A stretch of 64,000 bases of DNA from positions 192,001 to 256,000 of the forward strand of contig CAWBAN010000005.1 in assembly GCA_963786935.1 (NCBI GenBank), given 5' to 3'. Both the position numbers and the translations under genes were made by a program. Shown here piece after piece: positions 47,038 to 56,255 of this stretch; position 1 is the first letter of the stretch; each line of letters starts with the position of its first letter. Origin of the DNA: an uncultured bacterium (GTDB lineage Bacteria > Krumholzibacteriota > Krumholzibacteriia > Krumholzibacteriales > Krumholzibacteriaceae). The notes beneath the pieces are model-generated. The model saw nothing but the letters and a program-made list of their open reading frames with translations. It was not told where the DNA came from and made no database searches.

Positions 47038-48816
47038 ATGAAAAGGATCTTGTTAGTACAACTCCTTGTGATGATTGGTCTTGGCGCCAGCGTCCCTCTG
47101 GGGGCGGCGAATTACTTTCTATCCCCGTCGGGGGACGATGCGCGGAGCGGTCTTTCGACCACGCTTGCTTGGGCGACGCTCGCGAAGGCCAAAACGACTA
47201 TGGTCGCGGGCGATACTCTGTTCATCATGGGTGGCACCTACACCAATGCACAGAGCTTTTATATGGAGAGCGGCATCGCCGGCACCGAGGGGCATCCGAT
47301 GGTGTTCAAGGCGTATGGAGATTCGAAAGCGATCTTTCAGCATACCAACAACAACGGAAGGCAAACGAGCAAGTTCTGGTATTTTACGCCCGGTCAGGAC
47401 TGGGTCGTCATTGATGGTTTCAGCTATCTGAATCCTTCGGATTCGCTTTACATCAAGCTCGAAGGCCGGGAAGATGCCTCATATATTGTCAGATTCGAGG
47501 GCACGGCAAGCAACCGATCGGAGCACATTAAAATAAGAGGGATCGAGATAGACGGGAATTTCCCGCCACCGGGCGCGACATATAGCGAAGGCGGCCTCAT
47601 GCGGTACGCCGTCGGGTTCACGTACGGGGCCATGGATACGATCGAGAGTTGCTATATACACCATGTGTACCATGCAACGGGAGACATTCCGCCGGGAGAC
47701 GGGACGGATAGGGCACAGGGAACGGGAGAATCGATATATCTCATGAGCTGTGAACGATTCCTCATTCGGAATAATACGTTGGGAAAGGCGAACCATGCCC
47801 TCGTCGAGGTCTCGCGGCTCGGAACGAACGATCCCGTGAGCAGATACATAAAGATCATCAATAACATGTGCGAAAATCGGTGGGGCGGGGGGCTCTACTT
47901 CGGCCACGGCACCGAATGGAGCCTTATGGAGGGGAATATTGTGTGCGGTCTTGCCGCGACAACGACAAAGACGAAGTCCGCGTTCGACTGTTCCGGATCG
48001 CATCTCGTATTCCGAAAGAATGTCACGTGGGCCTACAACGGCGCATCAATCGATATAGCTGCGCAACTACTTGTTGGCTATGCCTTTAAGGCAGACTCGA
48101 ACCTCATTTACAATAACACATTTTTCAACTCCGAGAGCCACAATCTATTTATAGGTCCGTTCAACGATGGGGCATACTCATGGGCTGGCGCGAGCACGAA
48201 TGGTAATATCATCGCGAATAATATATTTTACAAATCGCATGGCCTCACGACGGACGTTGGGAATAGGTCCGGAGAGTTGAAGCTCTACCTGCACTGGGCT
48301 AACAATGAGCATAACTGGATCGCCCCCGACGAGTCACCACCTCCCTCGCCCGAGTCGACGAATTGGGGAGGAAACAGGTTCTTCAATAATTGCATCCGCA
48401 AGTACGCCCAAAAGGGAGATTATGATACTCTCATTATCTACGCTGAGGATGCTGACTACGATGCTACTCTGGCTGGCGGCAACAGAATCTACTCTCTCGC
48501 TGCAATCCAGTTGGAAGATCCGATTGCATGGCATGACAACATAGCGGACAATCCCGAGCTCGTGAGCGAGTACCCGGATTCCTATGGGGTCACTAACGGC
48601 TGGTGGCGTTTGAAGCCGGGGAGTCTCTGCATCGATCGGGGCGCCATAATCAATGATACGACCGGTGCGCATGTAAATTCTCTGTATCCGGGTTACGGCT
48701 GGGGCAATCTGAGCTATTCGGATGCGCGCCCCGATATCGGGGCGTCCGAGTCCAACGGGGAGAACCCCGCGCCGCTCAGCACACCGAGCCAGAACCCCTT
48801 GAAACCGGGGAGATAG
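47038..48816 (+). CDS. Secreted right-handed beta-helix (pectin-lyase-fold) protein
   Basis: Signal peptide; YFLSPSGDD...AGDTLFIMGGTY; repeated I-x-NN-I/T strands; LKPGSLCIDRG...PDIGA tail. Confidence 0.8.
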   Translation: MKRILLVQLLVMIGLGASVPLGAANYFLSPSGDDARSGLSTTLAWATLAKAKTTMVAGDTLFIMGGTYTNAQSFYMESGIAGTEGHPMVFKAYGDSKAIFQHTNNNGRQTSKFWYFTPGQDWVVIDGFSYLNPSDSLYIKLEGREDASYIVRFEGTASNRSEHIKIRGIEIDGNFPPPGATYSEGGLMRYAVGFTYGAMDTIESCYIHHVYHATGDIPPGDGTDRAQGTGESIYLMSCERFLIRNNTLGKANHALVEVSRLGTNDPVSRYIKIINNMCENRWGGGLYFGHGTEWSLMEGNIVCGLAATTTKTKSAFDCSGSHLVFRKNVTWAYNGASIDIAAQLLVGYAFKADSNLIYNNTFFNSESHNLFIGPFNDGAYSWAGASTNGNIIANNIFYKSHGLTTDVGNRSGELKLYLHWANNEHNWIAPDESPPPSPESTNWGGNRFFNNCIRKYAQKGDYDTLIIYAEDADYDATLAGGNRIYSLAAIQLEDPIAWHDNIADNPELVSEYPDSYGVTNGWWRLKPGSLCIDRGAIINDTTGAHVNSLYPGYGWGNLSYSDARPDIGASESNGENPAPLSTPSQNPLKPGR

Positions 48817-49952
48817 TGACGCGGGGGGCTTCCACTATCCCTGTGAACGTGATGCTCGTGACCCCCTGCTTCGGCTACGGGGGTCTCGAGCAGGTGGTTC
48901 TGAGCATCGCCGCGCACATCGATCGATCTCTCTTCAATCCTTCGTTTTGCACGCTCCTTGCGCCGGAACCCGTTCTTTACCGCGAGATGGAACGGCTCGA
49001 TCTTCCATGCTACGTTCTCGATAAGGGGGAGGGGATCAATGCCGGTCTGCCTTTCAGATTCGCGGCCGTCATGCGGAGGGAGCGCGTCAGGCTCGTCAAC
49101 GCGCATGATATCGGAGCGACGCTCTACGCGGCAGCGGCTTCGAGGCTCGGCGGCGTCCATACGGTCATCCATACGGATCATAGTCAGATCCTGACGAAGA
49201 AGAAGCACCGAGCGATCTATAGCTTCGTCATGCGGAACCTCGTCGATTTTTCGATAGCGGTTTCTTCGGACCTTGAGGAGCACCTCGTGAACGTGCTCGG
49301 AGTCTCGAGGAACGCGGTGACGACGATTCCCAACGGGATCGACACTGCGCGTTTCTCGGTTAAGGTGGATACATCGCGAATCCGGCGGGAGCTCGGGATC
49401 GGCGCTGGCGAGCGGATTATCGGCAGCATCGGGAGGCTCACGGAGCAAAAGGGCATGGCTCATCTTGTCCGTGCCTTCGCGGCGGTCGCCGCCCGCGACG
49501 CAAACACGAGGCTTGTAATCGTGGGGGACGGTGAGCTGCGCTTGGAGCTCGAGCGGCTGTGCAGGGGGCTCGGCGTTCGCGAGAAGGTCGTTTTCACGGG
49601 GATCCGCACGGACGTGCCGGTTCTCCTCAACCTATTCGACGTATTCGTGATTGCGTCGCTTTGGGAAGGGCAGCCTATCGCGATCATGGAGGCGATGGCG
49701 GCCGGGAAGCCCATCGTTGCGACTGAAGTGGGGGGAAATTCGGAGATACTCGCCGGCGGGAAATACGGGCTCCTCGTTTCCGCGGGAGATGCGGAGGCCC
49801 TTGCGGCTTCCATGGCACGCCTTCTCTTCGACAAATCGCTGGCCTTGAAGTTCGCGGGCGAGGCGCGGGCCTTTGCCCTCCGAGAGCTCGGTGCTCCCGC
49901 GATGGTCAGGAAGTATGAACGGGTGTTCGCGGAGAATCTGGCGCGTCGATAG
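48816..49952 (+). CDS. GT4 glycosyltransferase
   Basis: GGLEQV, IPNGID, GRLTEQKG and EGQPIAIMEAMAAG. Confidence 0.93.
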   Translation: MTRGASTIPVNVMLVTPCFGYGGLEQVVLSIAAHIDRSLFNPSFCTLLAPEPVLYREMERLDLPCYVLDKGEGINAGLPFRFAAVMRRERVRLVNAHDIGATLYAAAASRLGGVHTVIHTDHSQILTKKKHRAIYSFVMRNLVDFSIAVSSDLEEHLVNVLGVSRNAVTTIPNGIDTARFSVKVDTSRIRRELGIGAGERIIGSIGRLTEQKGMAHLVRAFAAVAARDANTRLVIVGDGELRLELERLCRGLGVREKVVFTGIRTDVPVLLNLFDVFVIASLWEGQPIAIMEAMAAGKPIVATEVGGNSEILAGGKYGLLVSAGDAEALAASMARLLFDKSLALKFAGEARAFALRELGAPAMVRKYERVFAENLARR

Positions 49953-50047
49953 AAAAAATTGTGTGAGTTGACGCAGATTAAATCTAGACTGCGTACAGCG
50001 GGCGGGGTGGAGGGTTCACCGGCCGCGTGGTCGTCGGAATGGAGCGC

Positions 50048-51131
50048 ATGCCGCAGATGGATTCTCTCGGAATAAGACTCAATGCAATAGGTATCCGCAT
50101 TCGATCGGACGACGCCGATTTTCTGCGATATGCGAGAGCCCATTTCGCCCCGGTCCTCGTCGAAGAAGCGGGAGATCCTTCCCTTGAAGTGACGTTCGCC
50201 CGGAAGCGGTCGGGGGAGGGCGAACGGGATGCCCCCGCGGGATGCCGGAAGGTCGGGAGGGATCTTTTCGTCGGCAAGAACAGGGTCGTATGGCGGTCGG
50301 TGCCCTACATTCCGGGTCTTGCGCTCGCGTTGAATCTGACGGCCGAGAAGCTCTCGGTCGATGCCTCGCACCGCCCTCACCTGACCCCCCGCTCGCGGCT
50401 GCGATCGGCGGTTTCCGCTCTTTCGGGGGGGGGGAGGCCTCAGGAATCAATTCTTTTTCGAGCTCTTGTATTGGATCGTCTATTATCCGGCGTTCTGGCT
50501 CCTTCGACGAAGGGGCGTTCAGGTGCTGCACGGGGGTGGAATCGAAATCGACGGGTGCGGCGTCGTCATCGCCGGGGCCCAGGGAACGGGGAAATCGACG
50601 CTCATCGCACACCTCCTGCCCGAGGCGGGCGTTCTATTCCTCTCGGATAACATGGTGCTTTTCGATGAGCGAGCGGTCTTTTCCTGCCACGAGCCGGTGC
50701 GGTTCGAGGAACGGCTCCTTTCGGAGGTCCCGGGTCTTCGCGGATGCGTTCAGCGAATCAACCTGCGAGTGCCTCTCGGCCGGGTCGCATTCACGATAGC
50801 CCGGGAGCGCTCGATCGACTCGATGAAAGCGTCGGTTTGCATCGTGCCGGAGATGTCGTGCGGCGAAACGGGCGTGCGCGCCGTGACGAAGGAAGAGATC
50901 ATCGAGAAGGTCGCGACGTTCAATACCCTTGCCGACGAGGTACGGATGTTCGATGTCTTCGAAGCGGCTTTATCTCCGCTCGCGCACTCAACGGGAAGTT
51001 CTCTCCCCGGGACGGCGGCGCTCGACGCGCTCCTGAGCCGCGCGCGGTGCTTCGTCATGAACATCCGGCAGGGGGAAGACCCGCGCGACACGATGCGGAC
51101 GATTCTCGGGATTGTCCGCGGGTCGCGTTGA
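50048..51131 (+). CDS. HprK-related P-loop kinase, frameshifted at a G10 run (50425-50434) or the nearby T5 run
   Basis: VLHGGG, GAQGTGKSTL and FLSDN in ORF 50466..51131; N-terminal half in ORF 50027..50650; removing one G joins them. Confidence 0.7.
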
Positions 51132-51148
51132 ACCCGGGTTTACCTGAT

Positions 51149-52579
51149 ATGACGAATGAAAAGATAACGCTCCTTTCCGATGAGCCTCTCGATCCGCAGG
51201 GCGACCTCGCCCGCAGCATCGAGGCGATCGGCGCCATACCCGACGTGCAACGCGTCGTTGGAATGGTCGATCTCCACTTCAAGGCGCGGACGGAAAATCC
51301 CTCCAGCATCGCCGTCGCGACGAAGGAGTGTATCATCCCCAAGCTCTCGAGCGTCGCGCAGAACTGCGGCATGGCGCTCGCGCGGACGTCAGCGCGTCGC
51401 GACGATTTCGACGACGCGCGGCTCGGGCGCTTTTTCGATCGTCTCCGGAGCGATGACGACCGCATCATGCGGCGCCCCGATCTGAGCATCGAGGACATGC
51501 GGCGCATCGTGGAACTCGGCGCCCGCGCCATTCTCCGGCGGTACGATTTCCCCGAGAGCATTCTCGAAAATTTCGAGTACGGCGGCACGATGGGAGAGTC
51601 GGAAACGCCGAGGGGGAGCGCGCTCGGGCGCCTCGTGCCGACCTTTACGCTCGAGCGGGGGCGTCACGGTTTCGGCGTCATCCCCGCAGGGAACCATTTT
51701 CTCGAGATGCAGTCGGTGAGCGAGGTCATCGACGGCGCCCGATGCGAACGGTACGGTCTCGTCGAAGGCGTCGTCACATTCATGCTCCATTCGGACGGCG
51801 GGCTCGTCGCGGATGATATCGGCAATCTCTACGGGAATCGCACGACCACAACGGGTTCGACCAAGGCCTTCTACGCGCTGAGAAAGTTCCTTTTCCATCT
51901 CGCCGACGCGCGGAGCCTCGCGAACTGGAACGAGAAATGGGCGTACTACTTCGGCGCCGATCGTTACCTCACGATCTCTCCGGAGACCGCCGAGGGGAAA
52001 CGGTATCTCGCGGCGAAACGGCTCGCGATGAATGCGGGGTACGCATGCCGTCTTGAGACGATCGGAAGGATTCGAGGGATCGCGGAGAGCGTTTTTGGGC
52101 CGCAGGCAGCCGATGTGCGCGTCCTCTGCGATTTTTCCCATAACTCGATACTCCCCGAGGATGTCGGAGGTAGTCCCCTCTGGGTGCATCGTCACAATGC
52201 GTGCCGGGTTACGCCGGGGCGGCTCGTATTTCTCCCCGGCTACAGCTATACCTCTTCCTACGTCTGCATCGGGGGCGCGGGTGCGCCGCGGTTCCTCCAT
52301 ACCATGGATCACGGAGCGGGCAAGACGATCGACCGTTTCAGGGAAAAGGGGCTCGGGGGGCCGCTCGACGGACCACGGGCCACGAGGAGTTACAGCAACG
52401 AATCGAACGAACCGAGAATAGAGCCGCACTATTCGGACGAGGGCATCGACAAGGTCGTCGAGGTTCTCGCGCGGAACGATATCGTGATCCCGATCGCCCG
52501 GCTCACTCCCTTCGCCGGATATCGGTACTATTGGAAAGGGAGACTTTCGCGGTTCACGCAAGCGGCGCGAAGCCGCTGA
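51149..52579 (+). CDS. rtcB: Divergent RtcB-family protein
   Basis: VDLH, NCGM, GNHFLE, MLHS, HN, VHR and DHGAG motifs in RtcB order; the start may be TTG at 51128, overlapping the kinase stop. Confidence 0.8.
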   Translation: MTNEKITLLSDEPLDPQGDLARSIEAIGAIPDVQRVVGMVDLHFKARTENPSSIAVATKECIIPKLSSVAQNCGMALARTSARRDDFDDARLGRFFDRLRSDDDRIMRRPDLSIEDMRRIVELGARAILRRYDFPESILENFEYGGTMGESETPRGSALGRLVPTFTLERGRHGFGVIPAGNHFLEMQSVSEVIDGARCERYGLVEGVVTFMLHSDGGLVADDIGNLYGNRTTTTGSTKAFYALRKFLFHLADARSLANWNEKWAYYFGADRYLTISPETAEGKRYLAAKRLAMNAGYACRLETIGRIRGIAESVFGPQAADVRVLCDFSHNSILPEDVGGSPLWVHRHNACRVTPGRLVFLPGYSYTSSYVCIGGAGAPRFLHTMDHGAGKTIDRFREKGLGGPLDGPRATRSYSNESNEPRIEPHYSDEGIDKVVEVLARNDIVIPIARLTPFAGYRYYWKGRLSRFTQAARSR

Positions 52580-52610
52580 GGGTTGACGAAGCCGGCCGGC
52601 ACGAAGACCT

Positions 52611-53345
52611 ATGTCCAAGAGCATCTCGATAACGGTAAAGGACCCGGAGAAGAGCGTCGGAGATCGGCTTCTTTTCGTGCTCCCCCTGTATTCCGGAACG
52701 AGGCGTGTCCTCTTTATCGGGATCGAAGGGGACGCGCTGCGAGAGGCTCTCGGGAAGCACGGCATCGTGGTGAACCACGCCGCGCTGAACGACGAGGGAG
52801 TAATCGACCCCCCGGCTCGCGCGGGCGCGGGCACCGCAGCGGCGGCTCCCCGCTCCGAGAATGAGCATCGCTTCGATATGGTCATCGCGGGTCGCTTGCC
52901 GAAAGGGGGAGCCTCTCGAGAGCGGTTCACGCGGTCGATCCTCGGCCTTCTTTCCCCGAGGGGGCATTTCGTTCTCATCATCGAGAACCGGTTCGGCTAC
53001 GCGAGATTCCTCGGCGCCGCGCGGAAATTGCGCGCTCCATATTCTCGAACGATTTCGCGGGGGTTGATGTCTTTTCGCGGCGCCGGCGAGGCATTGCATC
53101 GGGCGGGATTTCGTTCGGTGGGCGTCTATGCCGCCGTCCCGGGGCTCGACGCGCCGCTCGTCTTTTTCTCCGTCGATAGACCGAATTCGCTCGAATCCCT
53201 TCTGGCCCAGTTTCCCGATTTTGCCCGCAAGAGATCGCGCGTGGCCCAGGGGATCATCAGCCTGGTCATCCGTACGAACCTGCACCGGCATTTCCTCAAC
53301 GAGTACGTTTTTGTGACTCGCCCTGAGGCGGAAAGGACCGGGTGA
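52611..53345 (+). CDS. Degenerate methyltransferase-like protein
   Basis: RVLFIG, FDMVI, LSPRGHFVLIIENRFG and LHRAGF. Confidence 0.6.
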   Translation: MSKSISITVKDPEKSVGDRLLFVLPLYSGTRRVLFIGIEGDALREALGKHGIVVNHAALNDEGVIDPPARAGAGTAAAAPRSENEHRFDMVIAGRLPKGGASRERFTRSILGLLSPRGHFVLIIENRFGYARFLGAARKLRAPYSRTISRGLMSFRGAGEALHRAGFRSVGVYAAVPGLDAPLVFFSVDRPNSLESLLAQFPDFARKRSRVAQGIISLVIRTNLHRHFLNEYVFVTRPEAERTG

Positions 53346-54355
53346 CGGGGATGCTCTTTTCCCTGAAGGAGACCGTGAGCAACCTGTTCAATGTATCCGA
53401 TTTGGGTGAGGCGGTTCTCTGCCGCGTCGAGAAGGATGCGCCGGCGATCATCTATTTCTTCTTCGCGGGGGGGGCGCGGGCGCCGTTTCTCGTCGCGAAG
53501 CTCGCGAGCGATTCCGTTCATAACGCCGTCCTGAAGAGCGAATACGAAAGCCTCGTGAAGGCAGCCGGGATTGTGCGCGCGGCGAAAGCCGGCGATGTTC
53601 CCCGAGCCGATGGCGAGGGTGAGCTGCTCGGGCACTACTATTTTTTGCAGGATTTCATTCCGGGGGATGTGATCGACGAAGTGCTCGAGGGGGGCGGAGG
53701 CCGCAGGCGGCATCTCGAATCAAAACTGAGTCTGGCATGGAAATGGCTGATGGATTTTCAAGAGGCGTCGCGAAGCGGCGTCGCCAGAATCTCCGAGTTC
53801 GGGTTCGGATCGTTAATCGAGAGATACCGCCGGGCGTACAGGCTGACGGAGCGGGAAACTATCCGGCTCGCCGAGCTCGAGGGAGCCCTCTCGGCGATGC
53901 AAGACCGGACCGTCGAAAACGTCGCGTGCCATGGGGACTTGTTCCCGGGAAACGTCATTATTCGCGAAGGAAAGGCAGTGGTTATTGATTGGCGTTTTCT
54001 CCGGAGTGGCTATCATCCCGTCTTTGACGTCGCGACGTTCATGTCGACGTTCCGATCCAAGCGCGATTGGTCGATCGATGCGGAAGACGTCGAAATGTAT
54101 TTCGACGAGCTCTTGTTCGGGGAGCATTGGGCGGGGAGTCGATTCGTCGAATTCGTCTCGTCCGGTTTCGCGCGCGGCGCGGCGATGCCGCGGGACGTGT
54201 TTCTTCTCCTTTTCGAACTCGCGCTTCTCGAATGGACGACGCGGGAATTCGCCGCGGGGGGGCACGTAACGGAGAAGGATGCCGTCTGGCGGCGGCGATT
54301 CGTGCATTTTATCGCTCACCGGGATCGTTTCGTTCTCGCCCGCGCGTTCGAGTAG
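53342..54355 (+). CDS. Aminoglycoside phosphotransferase/choline kinase-family protein
   Basis: LVAK, HGDLFPGNVI and VIDW motifs. Confidence 0.85.
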   Translation: MTGMLFSLKETVSNLFNVSDLGEAVLCRVEKDAPAIIYFFFAGGARAPFLVAKLASDSVHNAVLKSEYESLVKAAGIVRAAKAGDVPRADGEGELLGHYYFLQDFIPGDVIDEVLEGGGGRRRHLESKLSLAWKWLMDFQEASRSGVARISEFGFGSLIERYRRAYRLTERETIRLAELEGALSAMQDRTVENVACHGDLFPGNVIIREGKAVVIDWRFLRSGYHPVFDVATFMSTFRSKRDWSIDAEDVEMYFDELLFGEHWAGSRFVEFVSSGFARGAAMPRDVFLLLFELALLEWTTREFAAGGHVTEKDAVWRRRFVHFIAHRDRFVLARAFE

Positions 54356-54382
54356 CGGTACGGGCTTTTGGAGGATGCGCGC

Positions 54383-56248
54383 ATGTGCGGCTTGTTCGGC
54401 ATCATCAATCTTGATCGGCGCCCCATCGACCTCGGGGAAGCGAAGCGCATGCTATCGATCATCGATCACCGGGGGCCGAACGGCTCGGGATACTACCACA
54501 AGGATCACGTGTTTCTCGGTCACACGCGGTTGAGCATCATCGATCTCGAGGGAGGCTCTCAGCCGATCTACAGCGAGGACGGGCGATACCTCGTCATCTT
54601 CAACGGTGAGATTTACAACCACGAAGAGCTTCGGCCCGCGCTCATCGCCAAGGGGCACCGTTTCAAGACGCGCTCGGACACGGAGGTTCTTGTTCATCTC
54701 TTCGAGGAAGAGGGCGAGAAGTTTCTGCACAAGCTCTTGGGGATGTTTGCGTTCGCTGTTTTCGACACGAAAACGGAATCGCTCTTTCTCGCCCGGGACC
54801 GCATCGGCATCAAGCCGCTCTACTATGCCTGCAACGGGAAGAGCTTCATCTTCTCATCCGAGATGAAGGCGATTATCAAGTCCGGTCTCATCCCGCTCGA
54901 GATCAGCGACCGCGTCGTCTGTCAGTTTCTCACGCTTCACCATTCGATTCCTCCCGACACGCTCATAAACGGCGTCACGTCCCTCATGCCGGGGCATTAC
55001 CTCTCCGTGAAGGGTTCGCCCGGGCCGCAGGTCCCCTACTGGGATATCGAATCGAACGAGGGCGCGGAGCTCCTGTCCTGGGACGAATCAATGCTGCGGG
55101 TCGAGGATCTTCTCTTCGACGCCGTGAAAAAGCGGCTCATGAGCGACGTGCCGCTCGGTCTCTTTCTCAGCGGCGGGGTCGATTCGAGTCTCATCGCCGT
55201 TCTCATGCACCGGATCGTCGGCAGCGGCGTCAAGACGTTCTCGATCGGTTTCCGGGAAAAGGAATTCAGCGAGTTGCCGTACGCGCGGCGCGTGAGTCGC
55301 CTGATCGACTCCGACCATGTCGAAATCGTCGTAACGGCGAAGGACATGATGGAGAGCATCGAGCGCGTCGTTTGGTTCCGCGAGACGCCGATATCGGAGG
55401 TGTCCGATATCCCGATCCATCTCCTCTGCAAGGCGGCTTCCGAGAAAGTGACGGTCGTGCTCACGGGGGAAGGCGGGGACGAAGTTTTCGGCGGTTATCG
55501 CAAGTACTATTTCGAGAACGTCGCGAAGCGCATGGCTCCCCTCGCGAACCCGCTCGTACGCGGGCTGTGCCGGAACAGGCTGGCGGACGCGCTCATGCCG
55601 CAGCGCATCGGCACGGCGCTCGACCTCCTCCTCGTGAAGGAACGCTACCGGCGGTACTATCGATGGTTCAGCTTCTTCCGCGCGGAGGAGCTCGTCCACA
55701 TGATGCGCGATGACCGCCGCGAGCTCCTGGCCGGCGTGGAAAACGCTTACGCCGACATCGTGAAGAGGAAGAAATTCCGCTCGAACATCGAGGAGATGCA
55801 GTACCTCGATATCAAGGTCTGGCTTCCGGACAATCTCCTGCTTCGCGCCGACCGCCTCTCGATGGCGAGCGGCCTTGAGGCGCGCGTGCCGTTCCTCGAT
55901 CATCGCCTCGTCGAGCTGAGCTATCTCCTTCCGACGCGCTTCAAGGTGCACGGCGCGACGGGAAAATATATCATCAAGAAGATCGCGGAAAAACACATCG
56001 ACCACGATATTATATACCGGCCGAAGGTCGGATTCGAAGTCCCCGTGGGACAGTGGTTCCGGACCGATCTCAAGGACTACCTCGTCTCGCGCCTCATGCG
56101 GGACGATTCTTTCTGCGCGGAATTCCTCACGCGGAAGAGCATCGAGAAGCTCGTCGCTGAACACGTCGAAGGGCGCAGGGACCACCACAAGAAGCTATGG
56201 ATGCTCTTGAACCTCGAACTCTGGCGCGACGGCTTTATCGCGCGGTGA
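54383..56248 (+). CDS. asnB: Asparagine synthase (glutamine-hydrolysing)-type amidotransferase
   Basis: MCG N-terminus, HRGP, RLSIID, FNGEIYN, LSGGVDSS, GEGGDEVFGGY and EARVPFLD. Confidence 0.95.
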   Translation: MCGLFGIINLDRRPIDLGEAKRMLSIIDHRGPNGSGYYHKDHVFLGHTRLSIIDLEGGSQPIYSEDGRYLVIFNGEIYNHEELRPALIAKGHRFKTRSDTEVLVHLFEEEGEKFLHKLLGMFAFAVFDTKTESLFLARDRIGIKPLYYACNGKSFIFSSEMKAIIKSGLIPLEISDRVVCQFLTLHHSIPPDTLINGVTSLMPGHYLSVKGSPGPQVPYWDIESNEGAELLSWDESMLRVEDLLFDAVKKRLMSDVPLGLFLSGGVDSSLIAVLMHRIVGSGVKTFSIGFREKEFSELPYARRVSRLIDSDHVEIVVTAKDMMESIERVVWFRETPISEVSDIPIHLLCKAASEKVTVVLTGEGGDEVFGGYRKYYFENVAKRMAPLANPLVRGLCRNRLADALMPQRIGTALDLLLVKERYRRYYRWFSFFRAEELVHMMRDDRRELLAGVENAYADIVKRKKFRSNIEEMQYLDIKVWLPDNLLLRADRLSMASGLEARVPFLDHRLVELSYLLPTRFKVHGATGKYIIKKIAEKHIDHDIIYRPKVGFEVPVGQWFRTDLKDYLVSRLMRDDSFCAEFLTRKSIEKLVAEHVEGRRDHHKKLWMLLNLELWRDGFIAR

Positions 56249-56255
56249 TGTGGCT

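Noticed and set aside
34100..48816. WxxW C-mannosylation sequons in local secreted proteins as DPY19-like substrates
   Set aside because: I found only an isolated WxxC (WENC) and WxxxW spacings, with no thrombospondin-like WxxWxxW, so there is no direct substrate evidence.
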